DNA from: Trichoplax adhaerens
Taxonomy: Eukaryota > Animalia > Placozoa
Length of the DNA: 64,000 nucleotides
Assembly (NCBI RefSeq): GCF_000150275.1
Contig: NW_002060943.1
Span: 2,138,987 to 2,202,986 of the forward strand
Direction of reading: 5' to 3'
In this document: in pieces, positions 1 through 12,328 of the stretch
Position numbering within the stretch: the first letter of the stretch is position 1
How the letters are laid out: every line of letters starts with the position of its first letter
The notes under the pieces: model-generated
The model's database searches: none
Told to the model about the DNA's origin: nothing
Seen by the model: only the letters and a program-made list of their open reading frames with translations
Translations under genes and position numbers: made by a program

Positions 1-529
1 TATTTCTACTCGAAAAATGATTGGCATCAATATATACAGTATATCTATTTTAGTTATCACGTCCAATGCCATTGTTGTGTATTTATCTAAACCGTACTCG
101 TGTAAGCATTCACAGATAACCCTACTTTATTAACTGATATCAAGATGTCAGATCGATCGGAAGGTTCTCTACTAAAGATACGGGCATCATTTTTAGTGCC
201 ACATTATTTAGTTACATTATGAATTGCACTTGAAATCGAATATTACTGTACTATTCTACATTGATTCAATTATTTTAAAATTGTAAGAGGATAGGATTTG
301 ATCTTCTCTTATTTTCTTAACATTATTACTCTTGTCCGTCAATTTGGAAGTCACCCCTTCTTCTCGATACTGTACTATAACATTATACCAGATGATCGCA
401 CCTGATGTATCGATAAGATGTGAACAGCTTACAATTATCTCCTATGATGGATGAAAGTATCGCTCATTCTACTACAATTCTCATGTCACTAGGATGCATT
501 GGTTGATTGTACAATGATTTTAACAACTG

Positions 530-2480
530 CTATGGAAGCTGATCAGATATTGCTTCTCCATTTTCTTCCTCTTCATACATGTTCTTACTTATGTCCATGG
601 ATTTACAAGTCAATTCTTTCTCTTTGATACCGTTATTAAGTCATTACTGTATAAGATAATTGTACGCGATTGCTACATAAGATGGTGATTATCGCCTGTC
701 ATCGCAGAATACTAATATAGCTATTGATCTCAATGAGTACAAGAGTGCATGATGGTACCAACGGTATTCAGATAGAGTAACTTTGACGAATGATGGATCA
801 AGATAGAAATAAACAAAAGACAAAATCGGATAAATGTACAGTATTTCATTCCCTTCAATTCTCTACATGTTAAGAATTCATACTGGCAAACGATGACGAT
901 ATCCAATAATATCATTCAAGTAGTAAAGTAGCTAACTAGTTACCGTCGACTTGTCGACCTTTCTTATATTTATCTTGATGGCGTTGATTTAATAATTGTA
1001 GTAAAGAAAAACTTTCATCTCTCGCTTGATCACCAGCCATTAATCCATGCAAATTGCGCTCTAGAACAGCTGCAACTTTCAAAAATAGAAAGAAATCTTA
1101 ATGGATAGTATCACTAGATGGCATTTCACTTAGATGGAAGCCTAGGCGCTTGCAAATTCGGAGCTCTGATTTTGTTTATATTGACGATGAGTAATGAATC
1201 CATGGGCTAACTGTACGTGTACTACTGTATCATACAGTAGTAAGTAAATACAGTCTTATTATACAGAGTCGACTGAGGTTTTTAGGACTAATGAAAATAT
1301 TTTGGGGGATTTTATTGCCCGATCAAAAATAATGTCACCTGTAACGATGGCTTCGCCATACAGACAGTTTTATAAAGCGATCCTTACCCTGACATACCTT
1401 TTGCCTTGTGTGAATAGTGTGCGATATCATGGCACTTAAAGTTCGGGTTTTGAGTATAATCTATATATTACAGTATAGTACTATCATCTGATATAGTGAC
1501 ATCATTTTTGCCTTACGCTTACACTGTGCGATACTATGACACTAATACGAGTGTGTACAATATAGTACTTGTATCACCTACAGTGACATTATTTCTGCCT
1601 TACGCGAATACTGTGCGATACTGTGACACTAACATGGGTGTATACAGTATGGCACTTTTATTCCCAATGATGACATCATTTTTGCAATGGGCCAATATTG
1701 TAGTCCTCATAGTGACATTATTTTTGCCTTACACGAATGCTGTGCGACACTGTGACACTGGTATGAGTTTGTATCGCATACCACTTTAATCACTACTAGT
1801 GACATTACTTTTGCCTTACACTAACCCTGTGCGATACTGTGACACTAGTATTAAGTACAAATACGTAAATTATGACACTTGAATTACTAGCCTGTATACT
1901 GTACTGTATAGGGACATCAGTCTTGCCTAGCGTTGATACTGAGTGATACTGTAATATAATACGACCAGTTAGAGTTATAGAGGTAAAAAAAACTGTGGTT
2001 AAGTGGCAATTTTGATATCATTTTGCTCGTTGATATGTATACTAAGCGAGATCATGACACACAATATTATTATTAGTGACATCATTTTTGCATTGACTGG
2101 AGATTTATAGCATTTATTAGTGCTTGAAAGAAGTTACCCAAAACTTATGTGGCAATCTCACTATAGTAAAAGCTTATTAGCTGCTAGGTAGGGATGACAT
2201 AATTTCGCTTGTATCAATGAATGACAGTTTTCGGCAGGTCATCCGAGACCACAGTGCAAAGTATTGTAGCCAAAGGACAAGTTACTGTAGTGTACCGTAC
2301 TGTACACTGTACGGTACAGTACAGGAGATTCCCTTTCGTGACGAAAGTTTCGTCCTCGACTTCCATTAGAAAAGAACCTCCAAAAGGCCTTCTGATGATG
2401 AAGAAAATCTCAATGAAATACTTGCTCTTACACACTTACCGTTTATAGAATAGACCAATCTAGCATGGACTTGAAATAGT
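530..2480 (-). other. Possible spliced transcript divergent from TTC17 (small ORF or lncRNA)
   Basis: Minus-strand donor G|GTAAGT at ~2439. An exon-like block at ~943-1077 reads AAVLERNLHGLMAGDQARDESFSLLQLLNQRHQDKYKKGRQVD and ends at a GTAAC donor. An acidic open stretch lies at ~530-630. No consistent full frame could be assembled. Confidence 0.25.
1389..1950. repeat. Degenerate ~87-bp minisatellite (~5-6 units, one truncated)
   Basis: Unit core gtgacat(c/t)attttTGCCTTAC..ctgtgcgatactgtgacact recurs at 1496, 1583, 1670 (truncated), 1712 and 1799, with looser copies at 1389 and 1911. Confidence 0.85.
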
Positions 2481-3074
2481 CAAGCCTACAGTTGATTGAT
2501 TGCAGCGATAGGAATTTATTTTTTGACCGGTAACTCATACAGTAGACGAAGCAGTGGAATCGAAACGAAAGAAAATGGCAAATCCATGATGCTTTGGTAG
2601 GTCATGGATCAAGTGTGGATATCTTTTTAAGGGCAAAATTGATCATCAAATGTAGCGAAATAATAGTGGTCCTTATGGAATAAAGGGTGGATGTAGACAT
2701 AATAAAAGTTTTGCGGTATATCTCTTCTTGGTATCGATATCGACTTTAATTTTCCGGCTATTCTAGATAGCCAGATAGGTGATGAGTTGTTGACATTGGA
2801 ATATCCTCAAAGGCTAGACTACAGTACGCAGTATAGGAATTGTAAAGTTAATGAGACAGGCTACTGTAAATCGAACATTCCATCTAATACAACGCTTGTG
2901 TAATCCATTTCTATCTATGTTTCATACTCAAATTTCATTCTACCATGATTAGGCATAAACTACGTATCTCAACTAAAGGTAGAATTGAATGATAATCCAG
3001 CTTCAAGTCACTTTATGATATCCAATTGGGGAAAGTGACCATTGCATCCGTAAAAATCTCAAATTGAAATCGTT

Positions 3075-3500
3075 ATAGTTTATCCGTCTCTATCCAGTTC
3101 GTTAATATGAAATATTGTTTGAGTGGCCAGTACAAGTCGAGACTTGATCACTTGGATTAAATCTCATTGGCATTAATAGTTTATGTCCATCCTTATCCTT
3201 TAATACCATCTTTATTTTAGTGGCTAGTGCTGCTCGAGATTTAATATCCACTTGGATTAAATCTCATTGATGTTGATATAGTTTATATCCACCTCTATCC
3301 TTTATTATCATTATGATTTTAGTGACTGGTACGAGATTTACTATGTTCAATTGGATTAAATCTCATTGACATTAATAGCTGAGATCTACCTCTATCCTTT
3401 AATATGAATATTATTTTAGTAGCTAGTATAAGTCGATATTTAATCTTTACTTGGATCTAATCTCAATGACATTATTGCTAATGTACTTGCTTAAATATAA
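3075..3500. repeat. ~100-bp tandem repeat x4 in the putative TTC17 5'-UTR intron
   Basis: (c)ttggattaaatctcattg-like cores at 3151, 3251, 3350 and 3450. Confidence 0.85.
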
Positions 3501-4433
3501 TCCAACTAGGAACTTTAATATCAACCTTTCAATATTAATAGCATTGACTGCAAAAATCACAACGTTCGTGACTACAGTATGCAATTTAGACTCTAGACCA
3601 ACCTTCAATCAAACGAATTACAGTATTCCTGTAGGATTAATGCACTAACCGGTGAGTAACATTAAGCCACTTTTCTACTTAATTTAAGCGTAAACTAAAC
3701 TGATTAACATCAATAGAGCTACATTATGCCAACGTTAATACTGCTCATACGTAGTTCAATGTGGTGTATTCAGTATAACGTTTGTAGAAACGAAATAGCT
3801 GCAATGGAAAGGAATCATTCCAAGTATATCTACTATACGGAATTTTACATACCTAAAACAAAAGTTTTACTTTGCTACCGAGTCAAATAAATTATGAACT
3901 AATAAATTATAGAAAGCAAAATCAGATCTAAACACTTCAATACAACATCCAATAGTTAATCTGAGCTACGTGATTAAAACCAACTTTAGCATCCAGATAA
4001 AAAGTAAAGTAGAAAATAGCACCATTTTACATCTGTAAGATTCACACCACAGTTAAAATTGAAATTATAAATATATATAATTTGTAATCTATAAATAATA
4101 AATCTACCATGCTTTCGAAATTGGCCTCAACTGATGGGCGTAGAAATAATTTTGACTACGTTTTCTCTGTATAATTGAAATTATGATCGATAATGAATTA
4201 ATTATTCAATATGAACAGTACCCTATATTATTAATCATCAGTTCAGGGTAAATATAATAACGCAATCTTAGATCTCATATCTATGATAGAAATAGTCATA
4301 CTATGAGCTGTATAACTGATTCTCGAGATTTATCGTAACAATGATGTAGCTATATTGCTTACTACAACTGTGTTAGGTAACAATTTGTTATTTTTAACTA
4401 TCCCTTACGATTCATACTCTTTCTTTCCAGAAT

Positions 4434-7400
4434 ATGAAAACGCTTCACAAACGTTCATGTACCTACACTTTGCTAGCTATAATCCTTTGTATATTTTGGC
4501 AATCAATTGATTCCGCGACACATTTAATCCTTAATGATAAGAATCAAATTGAATACAAGGTAATTGATAGATGACTCAATTATATAATTTTAATATAGCA
4601 GCGGTTAAGAGATATTGTAGTAGACTAATAATTATAAAATTGCACAATAAATATAATAGAATACGATCTGGCAGTTAGATAGTAATAGCTCAAAGACTAT
4701 TTTCTAGCTACTTTATTAGACGAATCACGTAATGAACTTATTAAATTGTACAGTAAATATAATAGAATACGATCTGGCGGTTAGATATTAACAAATTAAA
4801 GACTATTTTCTAGCTACTGTATTAGACGAATCGCGTAGTGGACTTAGAACTCTGCTGCTCCTTTATTAATAAAGCAGATGTTTAAAAGCTTACATATTCT
4901 TCTTCTAATTATCAAACGTAATTACATTTTACTATTCTTAAACCATTTATTTTTCTAATCACTAAACTCAAAGTATTATACAATCCCTATTTTATTCAAA
5001 TTACTAGGTGCCATCGCCTTACTATATGGCACGACCTGATTGTCTTCCTAAATTTCTAGAACAAACAGTGGCAATGAAAGATATTCTGCTACTCAAAAGT
5101 AAATTAGCCTACGATCAACGAAATAAATTAATTGGTAATAAATTACGCTCAACTGATCGTGATTGCTTGCGAGCTGAAAACTCGAATTTATCTGGTAAAA
5201 AGCGATGGTTACATAGAGCTATCTTAACCTTAAAATATAAAGGAATTAAGTAAGCATACAAAAAATATCATTATCGTAATGGTGTTATGTTGACAATTAT
5301 TGATCTTGCTGTATTATAGATCATACGTAGATGTGTATGCACTCACAAGTATTAGAATATTCTGTGACATTAGTTGTATTCCTAGTTCAGCAATAAACAA
5401 CGCACTCGTATGCGTACATACGTATAATACCGATTAATCGACCAATTGTCTTCTATGTTGAGGTTGAAATAGAATGTCCTTTGATTTTTCAACTTTATTG
5501 AGAAATCAAAATATAATGTAAAGAATTATAATAATGTTGGGTATGTTTGTAACACAACTAGTATTGAGGATTACCTACAAGAAATTGAAGTATTACCAGA
5601 TGATTCTGAGTCCCCAACATGCTCTGATGACTTTCCATTTCGACTGGATTTATCATATGATCATTTGCTGGGGGTGGCTCAACGATTTAGTTTGAAAGGC
5701 ACTCCAGAAATGCAAATTTTTTCACTTTATAGATTAAAAAATGAATCACTTGATACATGGGGTTATCGCATTCACGAAGGTTTAAAACAGGTATTTGCAT
5801 AAATAACGCAAGCTCCCTTGAACTTGTTAAAATTACTCCAGTTGCTACATGAATAAAATTATCACGTACGGTAGATTTGATTTGTATCAGATTATCTATT
5901 AATGAATAGCTTAATTAAATTTTATTTTGATCTAGAATTCATCATCGTGGGTTTTACTTAATTTGGCTGCCTTTTATTGGAGAATGATTGGTAACGCAGG
6001 CAATGAAATCGAATGCTTGCGTCGGTCTCTTTTCTATACCCCCGTAAAGTATTATGATGTTCCCCTAGCTGCACTTGGAACTGTATTACATAAGCACGGG
6101 TGCGATATTATCAGTGTACAATGACTGTCTAATATCTAACTTTCTATCTGTATATCTTCTTCATTACGGCACTTACTCATTCATCATTGGTAATTTTAAT
6201 AATAGCAGATTTAAGCGCGTGTAACACCAAATGATATAAATATATATATATTTTTGACGACAGCTACATTCAGGATGCTTCGATGTTATTCGAGAAAGCT
6301 ATCCATTTCGCCCATAATACATCACTACTGCATTTCATGCTGGCAAATGCTAAAGCGGTTAGTCAAAATCATTTGAACGTATAATCATGTTTCAAAAAAT
6401 GCTTATAACTAGGAAGATATCAACCATACTACCATCATTGCTGTTTATTATTGTATTAAATATGCTATATCCCACGTGTTTGCCTTTATTCTAGGCTAAT
6501 GAAGAGTATCAAGAAGCCACTATTCATTATACTAATGCTATTAAATTACAACCTGAGTTTGAAGCCGCTAAAAAACTTTTAAGCGCCGCCAAATGTGAAA
6601 TGAATATCATTAAGTTATTATATGCTATGAGCTCCAAGTAATTCTAAACACATATCGATAAAATATTATCACAATTTATCAGCACCATAAATCAATTCTA
6701 TAATATATCTTTCTACTGAATATTTTTTACGATTACTTTTCTCTGATTTTTTAAATGCGATAATTATGTTATTTGCAGTTCCACAAATCCATTCAAGCAA
6801 ATGAACACTCGTGAAGCATTAAAAGAAATTAGATCTAGGGAAGCCAATGTGATACAGAATACCATGCATGATTCTATACAAGACGTCAATCAGAAGCGCT
6901 TTAATGGTTACAAAAAGTATATTAAGTATGGTAGAAAGTGTATGGCAAATGGTATGATTATTCTGCAAGTGAATATTAAATTACTCTAAAGACCTAAGGA
7001 TAATAAATTGTATCTTACTTCTAATTTAATTAAGGTGAGGAATTGTTTATTTGTAATCCAAAGTTAACAACAACGGTTCCTAACTTTAACCGATTTATCT
7101 TCGAAGATGAACAAGAAGATGACCTCTGTAAGTTAGCAGGATACAACACTAAATTTGAACAGGACTAGTATTTAATATGTTACACTTAATATTATTATTA
7201 TCCTGATATTATATTAGCAAATGACATACTTCATCTACTCATAAAACGAGATGTAACAATATTAAAATATTTCTAGCCCCAGTATTAACTGAGAATGTTA
7301 TATATATAGTAAATACTTCATCATCAAAACATATTAATTAATACTTACTTTCATAGTTACGCCTAAACAACACATTTCCTGTATAAAATTATTCTTTATC

Positions 7401-9898
7401 TCAGTTTATAATTAATAAGTCAAATCAAATTAGTTTAATGATCAGATCGACTCATTCCTTATCGATACAAGCTGAAGTAATTACTATGCAACAGTAAATT
7501 ACTTAAAATTCCAAAATTTTACTATTAAGCTATTGCCATAATCAAATTAGATTATACCATAATAGTAGCAAATTATAAAAGTACATAGCATGCAGCATCC
7601 TGAGGTGTAATAGGAAAAGTCAAAAAGCGAAACGATCAGAATTACGTCCGAAACAATTGCATACTGCACATCTAATCGATTAATTTCTTAAACAACGATT
7701 AGATTCTATAAATTTCGAACCGCAATTAAAGCTGTTAGATATGACTTGTCAAGAATTAGCCACCCTAGATATTAACCGTATTATCAATCAGCAAACACCA
7801 TTGCCTTTATTACCTATTAGGAAACAAATAACAAGGTTAGAATAATAATATTACAATAGATGTCGAAAACAACGTTGAAACACTAGAATTTTTTTAATTT
7901 TACTGCATACAGATTCGTAAGAGCAGTTATAGTCTATAATCTACGTTGTGGAAATTATGGTGGTGTTTTTGTTGTGATTATAAATCCTAATTCCTAATTT
8001 ATTTTTTTAGTCGTCTATATTATAGAAATATCGATCACGTACCTGCTGATCAAAGACCCTTATGTCATACAGTCACAAAGTTAGATCACAGTATGCGTAC
8101 TTTCGAACATTTAGACGGCATTAATAATAGGAAATTGCTAAGGAAACACAATAAAAAGCAACTTATAATGAAAGTAAGTACACATTGGTGTATATAGGTG
8201 TACTCGTTTAATATTAATCGAATCAATGTATTATATAATATAATTTATTCGAAGCAATCTCTATAGCATCCTATTAGCTAATACTTATGAAACATAACTT
8301 ATAAGCAGTTACTGAAACAAGGAAAGTCTTAGATGTGTGCAGACAAACCGTTAGACTTTATAATCTGTTATATTACATTAAAATTTTGTCTTTAAAAAAA
8401 TTTATTATACGTATTATATTGCAATAAACAGCAATAAGGGGCAATACATTCTAAGAAATTGAGCTAATTTACAACTTCGTTCTAGATAATTATCTATGTT
8501 GATCGTATACATTTTATTAACTAAAGAAGTTATTGATAATGTAGAACCAAACGTTATTGATAATGTTCGTTACTCATGCGCGATACGGCGGGTATACGTA
8601 TAAATTACAGATAGATTTAAATTAATAGCGTTTATCAGCACGCAAACTCTTACCTGTTATTTTTGGTTAGTCAAACATAGTCGTATATATGCTACAAACA
8701 ATTCAATATGAAAGTTACAGAGTGCGGTATATGAGTTTGTATTTACGATAACAGATACGGTATGATGATTTATTTATGAAGTTCGATGCATACATAATTT
8801 TTATCGGTTCATTTCAAATACAGTGTACGTGTATTCTTTTCAAGCAACTACTTAATCACTTATATCCAAGCATAGTAAATTGCATATTATAACATTTTGT
8901 GATAATTGACACCTTACCTCGACCTTCACTATTTATCAATATTGCAACGGTGATTTGTATATTAAGCAGCTAACAATAAAACAACTCGGCGGAGCACTGA
9001 GTTTTATTTTCTCTTACGTAGTGGTTCCATGATGTCGTTTATGCTCCAGCAGTGGTCGATGATGCTTCAATAGAGAGATGGCTGACTTATATCATGACTA
9101 TGGTATTTATATTAGTACTTCATTAACCATCTTTATAAATTCACGAATAATACTTACATAGTAAAATATATCTTCTCTATCATTAATCATTAGGAGGAAA
9201 CTTCATGGCTAGTATATGATATAGCAGCAATGTATTGGATTGCAGAGGGCAATCACACGAACGCTATCGAGTGTTTTAGATTATCGTTACATTTTGCATC
9301 AAATGAATATGCTACCGGCCCTCTGATAGGCCTAGCCTATACGTTACTATTAAATGGTTATATCGAAAATGCAATCACCGTTGCTAAAGCTGCTTTGTCA
9401 GCAGAAATTCATACTCAGGTAAATCTTATTTAATAAACCATTGCTAACCTATAGAAATTATGCCGTCATATTGCTGTTCTGTATCTACCTTAAAAATCAT
9501 ATGGTAAATAATGATATAACTTTATATATTAATTTACTCTTGGATTGTAGAGTCTACAATATATCGGACGTTCTGTTTTGGGATTATCTTTACTAGCAGC
9601 CCATCAGTTGTCTCCAGCTATAGAACAGTTTAAAGAAGCAATTTCTAACGCTACAGTAAAAACTTATCTTGAAGGTTTAATCAAGTACATAACTTGCAAG
9701 TTGGAAATATCTCCAATAATTAACAGTGACAAAGATATTGAGAAGTGTCGCGCGACGCAAGAGAATGATGCAAAGGAAAACATTATTTCTACAATTCAAG
9801 AGACTGATAGGCAGTTGAAAATTCAAACTCAACTATTACAAGAATTAAAGCAAGGGGAAAAAAAATTGCAAGAATTGATTAAAAAAAGTAAAGAGTGA
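4434..9898 (+). CDS. TTC17: TTC17-like secretory-pathway TPR protein, 13 coding exons (4434-4559, 5008-5249, 5562-5790, 5936-6099, 6264-6357, 6495-6637, 6779-6951, 7035-7127, 7703-7835, 8011-8173, 9022-9102, 9194-9418, 9551-9898), ~737 aa
   Basis: GT-AG exons join in frame. The protein starts with a signal peptide (MKTLHKRSCTYTLLAIILCIFWQSIDS) followed by ATHLIL..QIEYK|VPSPYYM. The segments 'GYRIHEGLKQ|NSSSWVLLNLAAFYWRMIGNAGNEIECLRRSL' and 'SWLVYDIAAMYWIAEGNHTNAIECFRLSLHF' resemble the TTC17 repeat (human, from recall: IHEGLQKNTSSWVLYNMASFYWR..ECAMRALHF). The 3' end could instead splice at 9895 to a short exon near 10266-10281. Confidence 0.88.
4648..4846. repeat. ~107-bp tandem duplication in TTC17 intron
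   Basis: aatagaatacgatctggc.gttagat...aaagactattttctagctact.tattagacgaatc occurs twice. Confidence 0.85.
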
Positions 9899-12328
9899 GC
9901 TTCTTATGCTGTAATATTTCTTTCACTAAGTAACAGAATTTACTTTCATGTATTTCTTATTTTTGTATTCCGAGTTTATCTTGTTAACACTACTAAACGA
10001 GTAGATACATGTGCCTAACCGGTCGAAATTTCGTTTTCTATTATCCATTTTCTATATCATATTTTCTCTCGAATATCAAATTGGATTTTTATCTTTATGT
10101 TTAAGCCTTGAATGTAGGGTGTTACTAGAGTATGTGCTGTAAATGTTTTCAAATTTTTCATTTATTTGCCAGTTTAGCAATATAATCATTAAACGGTTGT
10201 AGCATTGAGAATCACATATAAATGAGCCATGAGTTATCAGTAATGCAAGTATCTTGATTATTTAGGCAATTGCCATCGTAGAATTTAATAATTCTGCCCT
10301 GAAGCTTACACTGTCAATACATCATACCAGTTACCTCTAAAGAATTAAATTTCTCTTCCGAGTGTCTGTAAATTACAGTACTAATCATTAATATGTACCA
10401 TAAATAAATACTATATGGCAATAGGTATTATAGTATAGTTTTATCTCATTAGCGTATGATCTATTTAGCTAAAATTAAAATGAATTTAATTGATGATAAC
10501 AGCGAAATGTAAAAGCATTGTATTACATGAAGTTGATAAGATTATTACGGTCTCAATTTCTTAAGAAAAGTGGGGTTTTATTTGCGATTAAAATTGCATA
10601 TAATTTCTCAAATTCGAACTAATCACTGAATATATTTACTTTTATACCTAATTGAAATAGATAAACTTTTACATAAGATTCTTGACGAAGAACGTTATCC
10701 ATTGTTGGGTTCATAAGTATTCATTGGATAACAAATAATAACTCACCATGCCCTGTGTATAGCATGACAAATGGTATAATCTAATACCCGTTTTCTGAAA
10801 TATTAGACCGATATCGAAATATTTGGGCTCGTACAGCATACGAATATGAACTATTGCAGCAAGCTTTCCCATGAATCAGTTTTACCTGCTATAAATACCG
10901 ATATATGCATTCAATTCAGTCAGTGATTGTTTAACTTACATGCTAGGAAAAATCGTAAGCGCTATTTATGTAAGAATGGTCAAACAATAATTCCATGACA
11001 AGGTCTCAGCTTGTGTAATAAATTTATTGGTGTCACGATAAAAGCTGAAATTGCTAGGTAAAATAGCAAATGCAATTTTTAGTTGCTATTATCGTCCAAC
11101 GTCTGTAATTAGCTATAACTTTTTGCATACCCTTCACTTGCAGTAATAATTAAACGATAATTATCAACCAAGATTGAATTTTAACATTAACAATAGCCAA
11201 AAAATATCAGATACTAAGGGACTACACCGCGGTAGCCGTGTTTTAAATTAAGCGCAATTAGCAACTTTAAATATTCTTATTAATTTAAAATTAATTTAAT
11301 ACTTGCATTTTTGTAAAAGTGAACATACTGGTCCACAAACAAGTCTATAGTAAGTGTGAAATAGTTTATAAGGCAGCAGAATTTCTGTGGAAGCAGTTGT
11401 TCACTTATCCGCATAACAGCTATTTACAAATAACAGCGTTATTACTTATTGTACTAGCCGTTAGGCGTAGTCATCAATGGTACTTTGTTTACATTAGTAA
11501 GTTAATCATAATTTCATATTATAGCTCCTACTGCAGAATAATAATTTAATTTATATATTATGCTATAGTAATTATAACGTACCATAAAACTTGAATTAAT
11601 CAAGAGTGCCAACTAGACACTTCGCAGTCGGGTGCAGTATACGAAAAGCAGTAGATATAATAACAAGTACAGCTAAAATTACAATTACTTTCTATAGCAT
11701 ACAATTCTATGGAGCCGTGGTAGCCAAATTGTAAAAAAATAAGTGTAAGACGTATAATGATTATCCGAATTTCTCTAATAAGTGCAACTAGATGTCATTG
11801 TCGATATGGTATACAACTGCGCTAACAATTGATAAAATTAAAAATAAATACAGTCAGTTTTCTACATTATCAATAATGTTATTAACACTAAATTCATACA
11901 GTAGGTTAATTATACACGATCAACAACTGCAAGAACCTAGTAAGAAATATGATATACTGTCTAGATAAAATTTCCACTAGAGTTATAGCGTTAATTAAGT
12001 GATATTTTACGTGCAAAACCAGGATGCAGGAACAAGAACGATCATGTTGATATTATATCCTAATCTAAAGTAGTACGTCAGAGATCTAATATATATGCCA
12101 CTGAACAGAATTAGCACCTTATCCGGCGCAAAAGAAATTCTGGTAACAAAATTAACACCTGGGATGTTAAAATTAACAATTATAAATACAATAAATAATG
12201 CCGTTCATAAAATTTTTTATACAGAAACAGAATCACTCAGTTATGATCCCTAGAATATCTTAAAATCGGTGACAAACAATATCACCTACAAGGAAGAAAG
12301 TTGTATCAGACAAATTCTGAAGCGAAAT

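Noticed and set aside
1496-1789. 97-aa repetitive ORF
   Set aside because: It is a by-product of the 87-bp (29-codon) minisatellite, has a GTG start and shows no protein-like features.
10746-10890. Minus-strand exon-like block ending ATG|GTGAGT
   Set aside because: It lies beyond the PTPRR stop, has no recognisable peptide and no partner exons were found.
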